20,000 nucleotides of DNA from an uncultured virus (IMG/VR IMGVR_UViG_3300035501_001058). Taxonomy: Duplodnaviria > Heunggongvirae > Uroviricota > Caudoviricetes. The stretch lies in IMG/VR virus record IMGVR_UViG_3300035501_001058, one strand, 5' to 3'. Shown in pieces: positions 17,939 through 20,000 of this stretch. The notes under the pieces are model-generated. The model had not been told where the DNA came from and made no database searches. It worked only from the letters and a program-made list of their open reading frames with translations. Each line of letters starts with the position of its first letter. Position 1 is the stretch's first letter. The position numbers were made by a program, and so were the translations under genes.

Positions 17939-18571
17939 ATGAAAAGTCCGAGTTCAGAAAAAGTTGTTCAGTTTTTAATTGATAAAGGGTTTACAAGAGG
18001 TAATGCTTATCTAATTGTTGATTGCATAAGAGAGAATTTAGACATTAATGAATTAGCTAATCCAGACTATGACTATAGCCAGATAAAAGAAATAGCAGAT
18101 GGAATGTCTAAAGGGATAGAATATCAATTATATGCTAACATTGAATACTCAGGTGCTCAGATGCAGGTAATAAAAAATGCTTTGCTTGCAGGACAAGATG
18201 TTGCATGCATACTTAATCCTGAATACTCTGCAGTTTTAATGAAAATAATACTTGAATGTAATAGTATCAATTGTGACTATAGAATATTCATTGATAATCC
18301 AATTTTAATAGGACATTATAATACAATACTTCCATACTTAGTAAATAATGATATAGAAGATTTTTCTTGGGTCACAGCTGAGATGTCTGATGATGACGTT
18401 AAGTGTATTTGTAGCGCAAAGGAATCCGGCATCTACAGAGAAGAATTACTATTATTAACAGGCTGGAGCTTACAAGATAGAGTGAACCAATTAAAATTGG
18501 AAGAACAAGATCGAGCACTTTTTAGTCCTGAAAGGTTACGAAAGTTCGATATATTTAGTGACTTTAAATAG
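17939..18571 (+). CDS. Hypothetical protein with ~26-aa helical repeats
   Basis: LANPDYDYSQIKEI / YANIEYSGAQMQVI / ILNPEYSAVLMKII repeats; GGAGG SD. Confidence 0.8.
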   Translation: MKSPSSEKVVQFLIDKGFTRGNAYLIVDCIRENLDINELANPDYDYSQIKEIADGMSKGIEYQLYANIEYSGAQMQVIKNALLAGQDVACILNPEYSAVLMKIILECNSINCDYRIFIDNPILIGHYNTILPYLVNNDIEDFSWVTAEMSDDDVKCICSAKESGIYREELLLLTGWSLQDRVNQLKLEEQDRALFSPERLRKFDIFSDFK

Positions 18572-18618
18572 AGTAAATAGTGTTCCGCTTTTTACATTAA
18601 TAGTGTAGGAGGTGTATT

Positions 18619-19833
18619 ATGGATAAAAATGAATTATTGCAATTTGCAGTTGATAATGATATGATTGACATGGCATCACTAGAAAAAATGATAGCCATGA
18701 ATGAGAAAACTAAATATTTAAATATGCATAAATATAAAATCTGGTCCAATGCTTCTGGGCAGTGGTATACATATTTGCCAGACGCAAATCGTAACAATAA
18801 TAGACGCTTAGTAAAGAAATCATCTGAAGCTACTCTGATTAATACTATAGTTAAGTACTATAAAGAACAAGAAAAACGAATAACTATTACTGATGTTTTT
18901 TATGAATGGATTACAAATAAATTGCGATATGGAGAAATCAAGAAACAGTCTTATGATAGATACATAACGGATTTTAATAGATTCTTTGGTAATAAAAAGA
19001 TTAGTGAAATGGATTTTTCTCATATTTCTGAGGGCATATTAGAGGACTTTATAAAAACATCTATTAAGGAAAATGAGTTGACTGCTAAATCTTGGAGTGG
19101 TCTGAGGTTAATAATACGTGGTGTATTTAAGTATGGTAAGAAGCACGGTTATACTCAGATAAGTATAACAAATTTTCTTGGGGATTTAGATCTCTCTAAT
19201 AATACTTTCAAGAAAACACATCATAAAAGTACTGAATCAGTTTTTACAGATAACGAGATTTTACAGATAACTAATTATGTTCTAGAGCATGCAGATAATG
19301 TTGTTAATTTAGGCGTTTTATTAGCATTCCAGACTGGTTTACGAGTAGGTGAGCTTAGTGCTCTGTGCTGGTCTGATGTTGATGGTGATATCTTACATGT
19401 TAATAAAACGGAAGTCCATTATAGAGACGAAGATAACAAATACGTATACGAAGTTCAAAAATTTGCTAAAACAGATGCTGGTGATAGAGATGTCCTGCTT
19501 TCTGATTCTGCAAAAGCAATCTTAGATAATATTAAGAGGTTGGGTAAAACAGATAAGTATATATTTATGCGAAATGGAGAACGTATAAAAGAGAAAGCTT
19601 TTAGTGTTAAAATTGTAAAAATCTGTAATCAATTAGGCATAACGCCTCGTTCTTTACATAAGGTTAGAAAAACATATGCTACAAAATTGATAAATTCAGG
19701 AGTAGACGAAAGTTTAATTATCAATCAAATAGGGCATACTGATATTTCGACGACAAAGCAGTTTTACTATTTTAATAATAAAACTAAAGAAGAAGCTAAA
19801 AAACAAATACAAGATGCTATAGAGTTTAAGTAA
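18619..19833 (+). CDS. int: Tyrosine recombinase / phage-type integrase
   Basis: TGLRVGEL (R), KTDAG (K), LHKVRKT (HxxR), IGHTD (H) and TTKQFY (Y); N-terminal arm-binding-like and core-binding regions; 404 aa. Confidence 0.96.
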   Translation: MDKNELLQFAVDNDMIDMASLEKMIAMNEKTKYLNMHKYKIWSNASGQWYTYLPDANRNNNRRLVKKSSEATLINTIVKYYKEQEKRITITDVFYEWITNKLRYGEIKKQSYDRYITDFNRFFGNKKISEMDFSHISEGILEDFIKTSIKENELTAKSWSGLRLIIRGVFKYGKKHGYTQISITNFLGDLDLSNNTFKKTHHKSTESVFTDNEILQITNYVLEHADNVVNLGVLLAFQTGLRVGELSALCWSDVDGDILHVNKTEVHYRDEDNKYVYEVQKFAKTDAGDRDVLLSDSAKAILDNIKRLGKTDKYIFMRNGERIKEKAFSVKIVKICNQLGITPRSLHKVRKTYATKLINSGVDESLIINQIGHTDISTTKQFYYFNNKTKEEAKKQIQDAIEFK

Positions 19834-19895
19834 GTAATCAGAGTAACCATCAGCTATTCCCAACTAGCTGATATTTGTTAACTTTTCAATAATAA

Positions 19896-19926
19896 TGCCG
19901 AGAGTTCGATTCTCTCATCCCCTGCT
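19896..19926 (+). mobile_element. att core: 3' fragment of a tRNA, probably tRNA-Trp
   Basis: GAGAG-TTCGATT-CTCTC T-arm, ATCCCCT acceptor strand and G discriminator; the CCCCTG end is typical of Firmicute tRNA-Trp. No 5' half upstream; about 60 bp from the int stop. Confidence 0.85.
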
Positions 19927-19968
19927 AAAAAGCCTTGAAAACACTGGGTTTTCAAGGCTCTTTGTTTT
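19927..19968. terminator. 12-bp hairpin after the tRNA fragment, potentially bidirectional terminator
   Basis: AGCCTTGAAAAC-actgg-GTTTTCAAGGCT, with an A-run before and a T-rich tract after. Confidence 0.75.
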
Positions 19969-20000
19969 ATAAGTAGCCAAAAAAGTAGCCAAAGTGATTT

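Larger units (their letters stand above)
1..19926 (+). mobile_element. Integrase-bearing end of a large tRNA-targeting element; extends left of the window
   Basis: Integrase plus tRNA fragment, unidirectional dense mostly orphan genes, own sigma factor, no housekeeping synteny. The left boundary is not visible. Confidence 0.7.
19832..19991 (+). repeat. Candidate integrase arm-type sites (RAGTARYCA x4)
   Basis: AAGTAATCA (19832), GAGTAACCA (19841), AAGTAGCCA (19971) and AAGTAGCCA (19983). Confidence 0.55.

Noticed and set aside
583..19023. All minus-strand ORFs in the track (e.g. 12778-13404, 8468-8866, 14126-14494)
   Set aside because: They lie antisense to well-supported + strand genes and have the S/L/I/F-rich composition typical of shadow ORFs, with no recognisable motifs.
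19850..19927. Complete tRNA gene
   Set aside because: Only the T-arm and 3' acceptor strand are present; there is no AGGGGAT-like 5' strand, D-arm or anticodon arm upstream.
1..20000. Stop-codon reassignment as in some large gut phages
   Set aside because: TAA, TAG and TGA all end genes that are followed directly by an SD and a new start; coding density is already high under code 11.
1..20000. CRISPR array, IS element, or phage structural/conjugation genes
   Set aside because: No regularly spaced repeats, transposase motifs, Walker-A ATPases or recognisable virion proteins were seen.

Overview
AT-rich window (roughly 30% GC by eye) from a low-GC Firmicute, probably Lachnospiraceae/Clostridia-like. 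It has about 25 tightly packed genes, all on the + strand, with Firmicute-type Shine-Dalgarno sites and the standard genetic code. It reads as the integrase-bearing end of a large mobile element (island, prophage-like or episomal). A tyrosine integrase (18619-19833) is followed by the 3' part of a tRNA, most likely tRNA-Trp, acting as att core. Similar 9-bp repeats flank the core on both sides, which hints at an attP-like or tandem-island arrangement. Recognisable cargo: an isochorismatase-family hydrolase, a sigma-70-family factor, a NYN-domain RNase, a BspA-type LRR protein, RNase Z, a DUF1232-like membrane protein and four lipoproteins. Most large ORFs are unrecognisable to me. The most unusual signal is a short motif, roughly [LMF]-x-[VILT]-F, at or near the N- or C-terminus of about nine otherwise unrelated proteins, suggesting a shared docking or targeting signal. 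No capsid, tail, T4SS, CRISPR or transposase genes were recognised. All family calls come from motif recognition, not database searches.
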